64,000 nucleotides of DNA from a virus. The notes beneath the pieces are model-generated. The model was given only the letters and a program-made list of their open reading frames with translations. It was not told where the DNA came from and made no database searches. Location: positions 1-64,000 of IMG/VR virus record IMGVR_UViG_3300045988_142974. One strand, 5' to 3'. Positions 55,204-64,000 of the stretch are shown here, piece by piece. Each line of letters begins with the position of its first letter. The stretch's first letter is position 1. The translations under genes and the position numbers were made by a program.

Positions 55204-55270
55204 TTTAAAAATCTCCTTTTAATCATTATTAATATTTCTAACACTTTTCAATAATAGTGTCGATTTAATC

Positions 55271-55308
55271 TAAAAGAGGGTAGTAGCCCCAATTTGGTCT
55301 ACTCCCTC
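55271..55308 (-). terminator. Terminator after the endolysin gene
   Basis: GAGGGAGTAG / CTACTACCCTC stem followed by TTTT on the minus strand. Confidence 0.6.
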
Positions 55309-55316
55309 ATAAATTT

Positions 55317-56369
55317 TTATTCAACCCAAAGCTGAACCTTATCAATATATCTGCCAAAACAACCAGCATATCCGTCCTGTCCATTTACAGTCTGATCATC
55401 TATCTGAACAGGATAATACCCTTCCATACCCTGTGAAGATACCTGTATATATAAACACTGATATTCATAACCATCGGGTGTATAGAATACTGCTTTTAAT
55501 GCATCAATAGGTGTTCTACCGTTACCTGCGTAACCATTTTCGTCATCGTCAATGTCATAACCATCAACTTCTGGAAGCCAACCACCATTAAGTAAGTGAA
55601 CCTGATATCTTACATAACCTTCACTAACACCAATAGCGATACCGGTAATTGCTTGATCGTCACCGGCGCCAGCCCAATCATCTCTATCATGAACTTCATC
55701 CCACCAACAATTTGTCTTAGCTCTGTAATAAACATCAACATGACCTAAATAATTAGTTCTGCCGCCTGTAGCTTCATTGTTATCTGTACTATCATTGTCA
55801 GAACAATCTTCATCAGAATTGTCGAATACTACTTCGCCTGTTAAAGCTTCAACTATGGCATCAGCACAAGTTTCCGCATTCCATCTGTTCGCGTCATCTC
55901 TGTCATCCACGAAGCAACATTCAATTAAAATAGCAGGAGAATGTGTGCTTCTAAGAACATAAAGTCCCTGATTGACCTTAAATCCTCTGTTTCTAATATT
56001 AAGTTTTTCTGAAATTGCTTCACAAATCTTCGAACCAATTTCTTCTGTTCCAGTATCATATCCATAAACTTCTGTACCACCAGTAGAATCATCACCTTCA
56101 TAATCGTCTCTACCAGAATTGAGATGTATAGATATGTCTAAATCAACATTATGTGAATTACACTTACTAACAATTGTTGCTAAACAACCATTCTGCGATG
56201 TATTTTCATCACATGTACAATCATATACAGTATGTCCAAGAGCTTCTAACTTGGCAATTACAGCATTCTTAACAATTCTGTCCTCAACTGATTCTTGTAG
56301 AATACCAACTGCACCATAAGCACCCTGATCCTGTGGACAGTGACCTGCATGTACATTATATGTAGCCAT
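55317..56369 (-). CDS. N-acetylmuramoyl-L-alanine amidase endolysin (Amidase_3-like N-terminus, acidic linker, C-terminal wall-binding-like domain)
   Basis: VHAGH...DISIHLNSG...GTEVY...ILIECCFVD pattern of zinc amidases. Confidence 0.75.
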   Translation of the reverse strand: MATYNVHAGHCPQDQGAYGAVGILQESVEDRIVKNAVIAKLEALGHTVYDCTCDENTSQNGCLATIVSKCNSHNVDLDISIHLNSGRDDYEGDDSTGGTEVYGYDTGTEEIGSKICEAISEKLNIRNRGFKVNQGLYVLRSTHSPAILIECCFVDDRDDANRWNAETCADAIVEALTGEVVFDNSDEDCSDNDSTDNNEATGGRTNYLGHVDVYYRAKTNCWWDEVHDRDDWAGAGDDQAITGIAIGVSEGYVRYQVHLLNGGWLPEVDGYDIDDDENGYAGNGRTPIDALKAVFYTPDGYEYQCLYIQVSSQGMEGYYPVQIDDQTVNGQDGYAGCFGRYIDKVQLWVE

Positions 56370-56446
56370 TTTATATTCCTCCTATACAAAATAAATAAAA
56401 ATAAAAGAGGGTAGTATAAAACCATCCTCATAAGAACAAAATATAA

Positions 56447-57682
56447 TTAACTAAGCTGAATATCCTTTATCATTTCAACTTCGTTATCTTTTAAAATTGC
56501 TATTGTTTGAGATGCTACACTGCTACAATAAAAATTTTTCGAATAATCATTATAACCACTAAGGCAACCCGTAGAAATAGCATATCTACCATGATTTTCT
56601 GATTCAATTGAAAAGTTGTGGAGATGTCCACTAAAGATTAAATCATAGAATTTATTATCACTAGATATAATTTTTGAAAGATTATGTTTTCCATTTTTAT
56701 ACCTATCACCATGAATAAATTTACAAGATAAACCACAAACAGTAATATTTATTTCAGAATCATTATAGTTTGTATTTAATATAGAAATGCGTTCACAACC
56801 ACTTACATCAACTAAATCTTTAATATGTTCAGTAATAAGTACATTTGCATTGTCACCTTCATAACTCTTTTTCTTGTCTCCAGACATACGATCATGATTT
56901 CCAGCAATTCCACCAAATATAACATTACAATCTTCAGCTAAAGCAACTAATAGTCTATATATCAATTTAGTAGCCTTATGTATTTGCATAGATTGTAAAA
57001 ATTCACAATTATGTGCTTGTGTTTCTCTCATATATGAATTCTCAATCATATCACCTGTTGATATAATTAGAACCTGACGGATATTATATAATTCAATATA
57101 CTTCTTACATTCAGAAATATATTTGTTTATTCTTTCATTTGCAATTTCCCAATTAAAATTATTACCATTACAATTGTTGATTATATAACCAATATGCCAA
57201 TCGGTAATATGACATATCATAGTATAATCAGATTCTTCTTCAACAGAAAAGTACATATATTTAGGAATTTCCATTGAGAAATTATTATCTTTCATATACT
57301 GCTTCAATTCATCTGCAACTGTAATACAAGGAACTAAATCTCTTTTTAACTTATTGAGCTTCAATCTATCATTATGTATTTGCTGTTTAACAATATATTG
57401 TTCACCTAATACTTCTTTAGCATCATCAAGAGTAGTACTTTTTTCTGTTATGTTTTTAGCTTTTAAATATTCTCTAACAAAATAATTGCCAAATATGGTC
57501 TGACTAGCCTTTCTGACGCTATCATAATGACATTTTATATCATATTTATCTACAATTTCTTTCCAATCTATATCTGAAATACCAGACATTTTATTAGAAA
57601 TTTCTTGTAAAACCTGTTCATAAGTTGATGGGGTTAGCCCATATTTTTTTAATTCTTCTTCGAAATTATAAATATAGTTCAC
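56447..57682 (-). CDS. calcineurin-like metallophosphoesterase
   Basis: DWHIGY, GDMIEN, GNHD and GHLH motifs in order. Confidence 0.7.
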   Translation of the reverse strand: MNYIYNFEEELKKYGLTPSTYEQVLQEISNKMSGISDIDWKEIVDKYDIKCHYDSVRKASQTIFGNYFVREYLKAKNITEKSTTLDDAKEVLGEQYIVKQQIHNDRLKLNKLKRDLVPCITVADELKQYMKDNNFSMEIPKYMYFSVEEESDYTMICHITDWHIGYIINNCNGNNFNWEIANERINKYISECKKYIELYNIRQVLIISTGDMIENSYMRETQAHNCEFLQSMQIHKATKLIYRLLVALAEDCNVIFGGIAGNHDRMSGDKKKSYEGDNANVLITEHIKDLVDVSGCERISILNTNYNDSEINITVCGLSCKFIHGDRYKNGKHNLSKIISSDNKFYDLIFSGHLHNFSIESENHGRYAISTGCLSGYNDYSKNFYCSSVASQTIAILKDNEVEMIKDIQLS

Positions 57683-57689
57683 CTACTCT

Positions 57690-57890
57690 CTATTCTTCAT
57701 TAGATTCAGTAGGCTCATCGAGTTCACTTTCCTCTTTTACCTTCACATTTATTTCAACACTTCCACCGTTAAATACTGATAGAAGAGTAGCAAGTTTCTT
57801 TTCTTCGCCATCTACTTCAACAGTCATATTATCTGTATCAATAATACCTGCAGAAGTCTGCTTAATTTCCTTAAAAACAAAATTTGCCAT
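57690..57890 (-). CDS. small acidic protein
   Basis: ORF track. Confidence 0.4.
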   Translation of the reverse strand: MANFVFKEIKQTSAGIIDTDNMTVEVDGEEKKLATLLSVFNGGSVEINVKVKEESELDEPTESNEE

Positions 57891-57913
57891 AATCCTTTAA
57901 ATCCTCCATAAAA

Positions 57914-58225
57914 TTAAAAATTCCCACCAGAACGCTTTCTGCCAGGATTAAAATACATTTGCTTACTTTTATTCTGTTTTACACCAATATACTCACGAAT
58001 CTTTCTGATATAATCTTCATCATAACTTAAACGAATATGTGACTCCAAATAATAACATCCACAATGAGTAGGAATTTTATTTGATAATACATTGTCAATA
58101 AGTTTGTATGATGGATTAAGATTCGAGAGATGAGTATGCTTTTCTGTATCTTCTTTTCTACAGATACGATAGCCATTTTCGGTCTTGTCAATATAAAATC
58201 CTTTATACTCAATTCTATTTTTCAT
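57914..58225 (-). CDS. hypothetical protein
   Basis: ORF track. Confidence 0.4.
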   Translation of the reverse strand: MKNRIEYKGFYIDKTENGYRICRKEDTEKHTHLSNLNPSYKLIDNVLSNKIPTHCGCYYLESHIRLSYDEDYIRKIREYIGVKQNKSKQMYFNPGRKRSGGNF

Positions 58226-58234
58226 AGACAGAAC

Positions 58235-58399
58235 CTACTTGACATATTTATCTTCAATGTAACGCTTTCCACCACAAGTTTTATAATATCCAATATGTTC
58301 ACCATTCCGATCTACATATCCTCGTCTTGTGTTTCTAATTACACCTTCAGATAATAATTTTTCAATTTCATTTTTTGAAATGTACTTAATAATTTTCAC
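58235..58399 (-). CDS. small ORF (54 aa, GTG start: MKIIKYISKNEIEKLLSEGVIRNTRRGYVDRNGEHIGYYKTCGGKRYIEDKYVK)
   Basis: Hand translated; below the track size cut-off; fills the gap before tRNA-Pro. Confidence 0.4.
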   Translation of the reverse strand: MKIIKYISKNEIEKLLSEGVIRNTRRGYVDRNGEHIGYYKTCGGKRYIEDKYVK

Positions 58400-58438
58400 T
58401 TCTTTCTTGATTTATTTCCTGCATAAGCAGGATAGTAG

Positions 58439-58513
58439 TTGGAAATGTAGGATTTGAACCCACGACCTCCTGAACCCAAATCAGGCGTTCTAACCAAACT
58501 GAACTAATTCCCA
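58439..58513 (-). tRNA. tRNA-Pro (anticodon UGG)
   Basis: Acceptor TGGGAAT/ATTTCCA, GTTC..GAAC D stem, CCTGA-UUUGGGU-TCAGG anticodon arm, GTGGG-TTCAAAT-CCTAC T arm. Confidence 0.8.
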
Positions 58514-59410
58514 AAATAAAAAATCCCATACCGAAGTATGAGATTCTTACCTAATATGAGCTGAGATATTTGACTCAATACACTAACATCTACTGTGGTT
58601 GGACACAGTTTATCACACAAGCGATTAACTTGTAGTTAGCAACAACACCGATTTTGACATAATCGGCAAACTCTTACCACAAAGTATTATAGATTTTCTT
58701 TCTGCACATTCTTCCTTGCGAGATTCATAGGTTGCAGCCTATTAGAATTGTACGTACTTGTACTTTCTCATATAGTACCTTGCGAGTGCTATATGTCACC
58801 ATATTACAGATGAATAAGTTGTTTGCCTCTTTGCGGTCATACACACTTTTGCTTGTTCTTTAATCAGTTTACCTTTTAATATAAATATGCATTATATTTG
58901 ATTTATTCTTTCAAGAGTATGTTGTAATTAATATTTGCATAAAAATGAACGATGAGGTGTACATTTGATCATCTGTACCTTTTGAGTACAGCCCAATCAT
59001 CACCATTCTGTTCGTCTTGCTATTGACTTACTTCGTTATTCTGTTCCTTGCTTTCGCATTAAGAAACGTTGCAACAATCAATATTAGCACTTTTTCTTGC
59101 GGAAATCGCACCAATAAGACAGTAATCATACCCATGTTTCCATGTTAATACAGCGCATTTCTCATTACGCCTACCAAATCAACTTATCTAAGAATTATCA
59201 AGCTTATCAGAGCTATCAAATCTACAAAGATTCATAAATAGTCATTAGCAGTTGCCCTCTGACCTTAGACTTGGTATAGATTATCTGTGTTTTCCGTCAA
59301 ACTGCCATACGCAGTCGCAGTGTCTTATGCAAACTAAAGACATTCCTGCTTTATCCTTATTGCTAAGTTTATTTAACGACACGAAACCTGCCGCCTACAA
59401 GTAGGAGAGT
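58514..59410 (-). ncRNA. ~0.9 kb region without ORFs, bracketed by tRNA-Pro and tRNA-Met: candidate large structured ncRNA (strand assumed from the flanking tRNAs and tetraloop motifs)
   Basis: No track ORF of 60 aa or more begins between 58130 and 59679. On the minus strand there are three CGCAAG (GNRA) motifs and one GCGAAAGC hairpin motif. Confidence 0.35.
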
Positions 59411-59482
59411 TGCAGAAACAGGACTCGAACCTGCATACTCTTGGTTATGAGCCAAGTGAGCTTCCATTGCTCGTCATTCCGC
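59411..59482 (-). tRNA. tRNA-Met/Ile2-type (anticodon CAU)
   Basis: Acceptor GCGGAA/TTCTGC, CTTGG-CUCAUAA-CCAAG anticodon arm, GCAGG-TTCGAGT-CCTGT T arm. Confidence 0.7.
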
Positions 59483-59678
59483 TATAATATTTAAGAATTA
59501 TCAGTGACCATACTACAAAAACTGTAGTACAGTCACCGATTATAGAAGGTAAGGTACAATGAATATGTACTTGATGTTTACATTTTATTATTCTCTGTTT
59601 TATTAGTCAAGAAAAGCTGATTTCATTGTTTTCCATATGTGATATATAACACCATAAAAACAGCTGTAAATCCTTATT

Positions 59679-60554
59679 TTACAAGGAAAACTCCGATTTT
59701 CTATTTGTGGTTATACGCTTTTTATTATATTTTTTATATCTTTTCAAGTCATTTTGTTTTCTACAATCATCGCAGTATAATCGTTTATTAGCTGTTTTTT
59801 CAATAATTCCACCACATCGTTTACAACGAGAATATTTATTATTGTGTCCACGCTTAACAGAGTAATAGTCTTTTTGGTAGTTTTGAAAATACGCATTTAA
59901 CGATCTATTGATGTACTTAACATAAAAATTATCTTCAGTAATAAAATCATAGTTATTTACAATCTGAGTCTTATCTTCATATTCTCCAATCAGTTTGCAA
60001 TTATCAAAACATTTTCTCAAAAATCCTTCAACAACCTTTTTATATTCATTCCAAGATAATATCATTTTCTCCTTTTGAAAACGTTGTTTGAGTTTTTCGG
60101 CTTCATCAATTACATCGTCAATAATACCAGTGGTTGTATTTGCATCCATCTCAGTTCCAGATAACCAATTGAAGTACATTAGCTTTGGTTTCTTTAATAA
60201 ATCCATGTACTCCTTATTGAGAATTACTTCTTTATCAAAATATCTTGTATAAATATTATTGATTTTCTGTCTGATAATAGCGCACCAATTTTCATCTTTA
60301 GTCATTGACTTGTAATATCTGTATTCAATTCCTGACCATGTATCAAATATTCGTCCAAGTTCTGTATCAAGTAAATCCTTTCTGACTTTAAAATGAATTG
60401 TTTTAATATATGTACGCCTTTTATTATCAGAAGCCCATATTGAGGAGCAGAACGAGTTGAATATCTCGTCCTTTACCTTATTATTCTCTGCTTCTTTGTA
60501 ATCTTCTATAATTTCATATAGAAATGTTTCATTACAGTCGTAAATATGTATCAC
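59679..60554 (-). CDS. hypothetical protein with C-terminal Zn-ribbon and basic tail, overlapping the end of the RNA polymerase gene
   Basis: CKRCGG...CDDC motif; 23-nt overlap with the upstream gene. Confidence 0.45.
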   Translation of the reverse strand: MIHIYDCNETFLYEIIEDYKEAENNKVKDEIFNSFCSSIWASDNKRRTYIKTIHFKVRKDLLDTELGRIFDTWSGIEYRYYKSMTKDENWCAIIRQKINNIYTRYFDKEVILNKEYMDLLKKPKLMYFNWLSGTEMDANTTTGIIDDVIDEAEKLKQRFQKEKMILSWNEYKKVVEGFLRKCFDNCKLIGEYEDKTQIVNNYDFITEDNFYVKYINRSLNAYFQNYQKDYYSVKRGHNNKYSRCKRCGGIIEKTANKRLYCDDCRKQNDLKRYKKYNKKRITTNRKSEFSL

Positions 60555-63165
60555 CTACCTCAAATTCATAGTATTTTCCAAGATATTCATATGAATTGTC
60601 CGTCTTATAAGGAACTTCTCTTATTGATATATTTCTTTTTGGATTCGTGTTATTCTTGAGATTTTCAATGATATAATCGCCATAAGCTGACCATGCAAGA
60701 GATTTGCTAATAGAAACAGAAGAGTAAGAAGCTTTAATAACATAGTTTGCTATAATATTTTCAGGCAATTCAATCTCATTTATGAGTTTCGTTTTATACT
60801 CATTTACGACTTCATCCATATTGAATTTATGGTCTTCATCATCCGACTTATCTCTATGTAGATTCAGATGCTGCTTAATATCAACCGCATACATATTTAT
60901 AAACTTCCTGCATTTCTTTAAGACTTTTCTATCAAACAAATCCAAATCATTATCAATAATTAAACATCTAGTATCAACCAAATCAATTTTATTATCCCAT
61001 AAGATATTTTTCTTTTCCCAAGTTTCAATATAATCACACAACTCATTCATAGGAGAAGGAGAGTGATATGCATTAAGATATTCTTTGTCCTCGTCAGAAG
61101 TATCTCTATTCTTTTTGATTATATTCATATAGGATTTCATTTTTTTAGGATAGTTATGAAGTAAGAAATATGGAAGCTGTTTAAGATGCTTTCTAAGACC
61201 TGAATTCATATGCCATCTGAATCCCGTTTTAAGGAAGTCAATTTCTTTGCCCTGAAAAATTCTTAGAAGAGAAGAGTAATCAGAATATAATTTTTGAATA
61301 TCTGGATTGGTCGTATATTTATTCTCTATACTTGTGGCAACATTAGTAATTTCACCAATACGATTATCTCTTGTCATTACTTCATACTCAATAAGATTCT
61401 CTTTTGTATATGGTTTTGATTGAGCGGTTACTTTGTCTTCAATATCAAGTATGATATGCTTATCTACCTTTGAATCAATAATGATAGGATCGTTGCTTAA
61501 ATAGAAAATATCACCATCAAAATCTGCGCCGCCTTGCTGTGGAGCTGATACATCATACATATTAAACATTACTACATCTTGGTCTTTAAAATAATCAAAC
61601 CATTTTGTAAGAATGTCATTTCGTACAATCTTAATCTTATTTACCTCTGATGGATCAACAAGCGGAGAACGGAATGAACAACAATATCCTGGTTCAAAAT
61701 TTGCTGTATATAATTCTCTTTCTCCAAGACAACCAACTGGTTCTTCACCAACGGCATACTGAAGATAACCAATCATATCACCAACACCTGTATGATAAAA
61801 CCCTGAACAATAAATTTTACCAACTTTTGCTTCATCAATAGACTTTTTGAGTTTTCTATAAATGAATTGCTTAACAGCAGGATCTTTTAACATAACATCA
61901 TTTACCAATGCAGCTTCAAGATATTTACTTTCTGGCTCATAATCTTCTGTATCAGTAATTCCCATGAATTTATATGTATAAAATTTATCACCTTTAATGA
62001 TTTTTTCATACATATTAGTGGTATATTTTGCAAGCTTAATGATTTTTCCATCATTCTTAGAATCTAATATGTCATAGTCCTTTTTTGTTTTATCTGTATA
62101 ACATTTGACATATTTATCATTCCAAAGATCCAGACATTGTAAATACTGAAAATTCATTCGTGTATATTTATTTAAATGCTTAATATGATGACTATATTTA
62201 CTGATACCAAGTTTGAATTCATACTTCCTAACAGTATTCATATATTCAATCCATGCGTTTTCACCATAAGTTGATTTAAAAATCTTATGCCCTTTAAACA
62301 TCGAAATATTCCAAATGCAATCTACATCATCAATATTATGAACATGCCCATAAATGTCAGTAATAGTGGTGTAACCCCATTCTTTAAGAATTTGTTTAAA
62401 TGGTACATATACAGAATATCCTTTAATAAATGGTAAACGTACCTGTGTTCCAATAACTTTGTAGTCTAATCCAAGTTGCTCACTCACAGTATTCATAAAG
62501 TTTTCTTCATGACAGCCACATCCGTCAAAAGGTGATAATCCAATATCTTTTAATCCTTCTTCAATTTCTCTGGTTTTATATTTCTTTTTCTTACCAGTAT
62601 TTTCATCAACAAATTCTTTTTCTCTTTCAACTACGTATTTAATAAGCTGATTTTTCAACGTTTTTTCATATTCACCTATAATTACAATATTAGGCATATA
62701 ATCTTTGATAAGAGTACATGAACTGAATGGTAAACATCTCTGAGCTTCGTACTTGGAAATAACACATTCATCAATTTTAATATCCATTTGAGTAATCAAA
62801 TATAACTCATCAAAAATTTCATCACATACAAATGCAGTAATTCCATCTTTACCTTGTGAAGCTGATTTGCCAAAACGAGAATAGTGAATTCCATTATATG
62901 TAAATCCATCATTTAGAATCTTTCTAAGTGATTCCTCTTGCTTTGGATTCTTCTTTGCAACAACCAACATAAGTTCACTTATATGAGATGATGATTCACC
63001 ACGAAGTCTCTGAATCTGATCAAATAAAGGAGAATCACCTTGCTTGATAAGATATTCTTTTTTGATTTCTGTATCTCTATTAATCTGAATATTAAAATCT
63101 CCATCAATAAGTTCTCTTATTGGGATTTTTACTAATGTATACTGTACCTTTTTTATAATTATCAC
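60532..63165 (-). CDS. YonO-like single-subunit double-psi-beta-barrel RNA polymerase (877 aa)
   Basis: PQQGGADFDGDIFY matches the NADFDGD metal-binding motif of the beta-prime / cellular RdRP / YonO lineage; size close to SPbeta YonO. Confidence 0.65.
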   Translation of the reverse strand: MIIIKKVQYTLVKIPIRELIDGDFNIQINRDTEIKKEYLIKQGDSPLFDQIQRLRGESSSHISELMLVVAKKNPKQEESLRKILNDGFTYNGIHYSRFGKSASQGKDGITAFVCDEIFDELYLITQMDIKIDECVISKYEAQRCLPFSSCTLIKDYMPNIVIIGEYEKTLKNQLIKYVVEREKEFVDENTGKKKKYKTREIEEGLKDIGLSPFDGCGCHEENFMNTVSEQLGLDYKVIGTQVRLPFIKGYSVYVPFKQILKEWGYTTITDIYGHVHNIDDVDCIWNISMFKGHKIFKSTYGENAWIEYMNTVRKYEFKLGISKYSHHIKHLNKYTRMNFQYLQCLDLWNDKYVKCYTDKTKKDYDILDSKNDGKIIKLAKYTTNMYEKIIKGDKFYTYKFMGITDTEDYEPESKYLEAALVNDVMLKDPAVKQFIYRKLKKSIDEAKVGKIYCSGFYHTGVGDMIGYLQYAVGEEPVGCLGERELYTANFEPGYCCSFRSPLVDPSEVNKIKIVRNDILTKWFDYFKDQDVVMFNMYDVSAPQQGGADFDGDIFYLSNDPIIIDSKVDKHIILDIEDKVTAQSKPYTKENLIEYEVMTRDNRIGEITNVATSIENKYTTNPDIQKLYSDYSSLLRIFQGKEIDFLKTGFRWHMNSGLRKHLKQLPYFLLHNYPKKMKSYMNIIKKNRDTSDEDKEYLNAYHSPSPMNELCDYIETWEKKNILWDNKIDLVDTRCLIIDNDLDLFDRKVLKKCRKFINMYAVDIKQHLNLHRDKSDDEDHKFNMDEVVNEYKTKLINEIELPENIIANYVIKASYSSVSISKSLAWSAYGDYIIENLKNNTNPKRNISIREVPYKTDNSYEYLGKYYEFEVGDTYLRL

Positions 63166-63168
63166 CTC

Positions 63169-63597
63169 TTATTCATAAAATTCTGGAAATGTTTTTCTAA
63201 AATAATTATCAGACATTCTAAAATATTTATCATAGCCATCAAAATAATTATATTTCTGCTGCATTTTAAACTCTTTGAACATAGGAAAGAAGTGATTTAA
63301 CATAGAGTCAGAATATATATCTGTTTTAAAAATTCTTCGACACATAACTTCACCTGGATTTACATTTAACCTACCAGACATAACCATTTGGTCAGACAAA
63401 AATTGCTTATACACAATATCTAAACTGATATTATATCCATCTTTCTTAGAAATACCATACTTAATAACGTGGCGATTACCATCTTCTTCATCAAATACAG
63501 TTGTATGACAGTCAGGACAGATAGATGTCACATAATTCATATCATCTATTTTAATTAATTTGTGTCCACAAATAGGACAGATAGTTGTTTTGTTCAT
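63169..63597 (-). CDS. Zn-ribbon protein
   Basis: CPICGH...CPDCH; start moved to the ATG 8 nt after GGAGG. Confidence 0.45.
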   Translation of the reverse strand: MNKTTICPICGHKLIKIDDMNYVTSICPDCHTTVFDEEDGNRHVIKYGISKKDGYNISLDIVYKQFLSDQMVMSGRLNVNPGEVMCRRIFKTDIYSDSMLNHFFPMFKEFKMQQKYNYFDGYDKYFRMSDNYFRKTFPEFYE

Positions 63598-63706
63598 ATA
63601 AAATCCTCCTAAAATAATTCTTATACTTTTATATTCTCTTTTCATTTCATAGAAATCTATTTATTTATCATGAAAACAAATGAAATGAAATTTCTAATTC
63701 TTATTT

Positions 63707-63946
63707 TCAATCAAAACAATTACTGTTTTCCATTTCTTTGACTTCATAACCAAGCCAATCAATTACGAAATCAATACCTGGAATACAGTCTCTATGTATA
63801 TATTGCCCTTCATAATTACACAAAAATTCTTCGCCATCGTAAATACCTTCTTTGCAGTAACAACAACTGAAATTAGTTTTCGGTGGCACAAAATTTGGGC
63901 AACCAGTTTCATGTCCATTAATTCTTCCACAATATTCACAACCCAT
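63707..63946 (-). CDS. small Cys-rich protein
   Basis: CEYCG...C...CCYC...C...C pattern; GGAG RBS. Confidence 0.45.
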   Translation of the reverse strand: MGCEYCGRINGHETGCPNFVPPKTNFSCCYCKEGIYDGEEFLCNYEGQYIHRDCIPGIDFVIDWLGYEVKEMENSNCFD

Positions 63947-64000
63947 TTAAAAAATCTCCTTCTTTATATCTTATAATTCTTCATATGCATATCCATCATT

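Noticed and set aside
59503-59537. Long imperfect hairpin (gtgaccatactaca / tgtagtacagtcac) as a terminator
   Set aside because: It has no U tract on either strand and two mismatches. It may be a processing site upstream of tRNA-Met, but the support is too weak to annotate.

Overview
Visibly AT-rich, densely packed late/structural region of a large siphovirus-type phage or prophage of a low-GC Firmicute. It resembles SPbeta-like phages: a YonO-like single-subunit RNA polymerase, an HU-like protein and a giant tape-measure protein. Almost all genes are on the minus strand. Reading the minus strand from 64 kb down to 0: small Cys-rich proteins; the RNA polymerase (ADFDGD motif); tRNA-Met; a ~0.9 kb ORF-free region; tRNA-Pro; a metallophosphoesterase; an amidase endolysin; HU; an HNH endonuclease; a tyrosine recombinase; a ~0.7 kb ORF-free region; tRNA-Asn/Asp/His; further tRNA-like genes; a free-standing GIY-YIG endonuclease; terminase large subunit; portal; scaffold-like proteins; major capsid protein; tail genes; a holin/HTH/RusA island; the tape measure; Dit; Tal; a BppU-type tail fibre; and two sugar-metabolism-like genes. 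Three late genes are split by group I introns, recognised by Q/R/S core elements. The capsid gene intron carries a GIY-YIG ORF. A structural gene intron carries a LAGLIDADG ORF. The tape-measure gene holds a ~4.5 kb intervening sequence. That sequence has a group I core followed by a 4.1 kb cargo bounded by a perfect 30-bp inverted repeat. The cargo has no homing endonuclease. It carries a DUF262 (ParB-like) protein, a MazF/PemK-like protein with its own consensus promoter, and four small plus-strand ORFs with their own promoters and terminators. This cargo and the two tRNA-flanked ORF-free regions (candidate large structured RNAs) are the most unusual parts. All calls come from reading the sequence and remembered family motifs; no searches were run.
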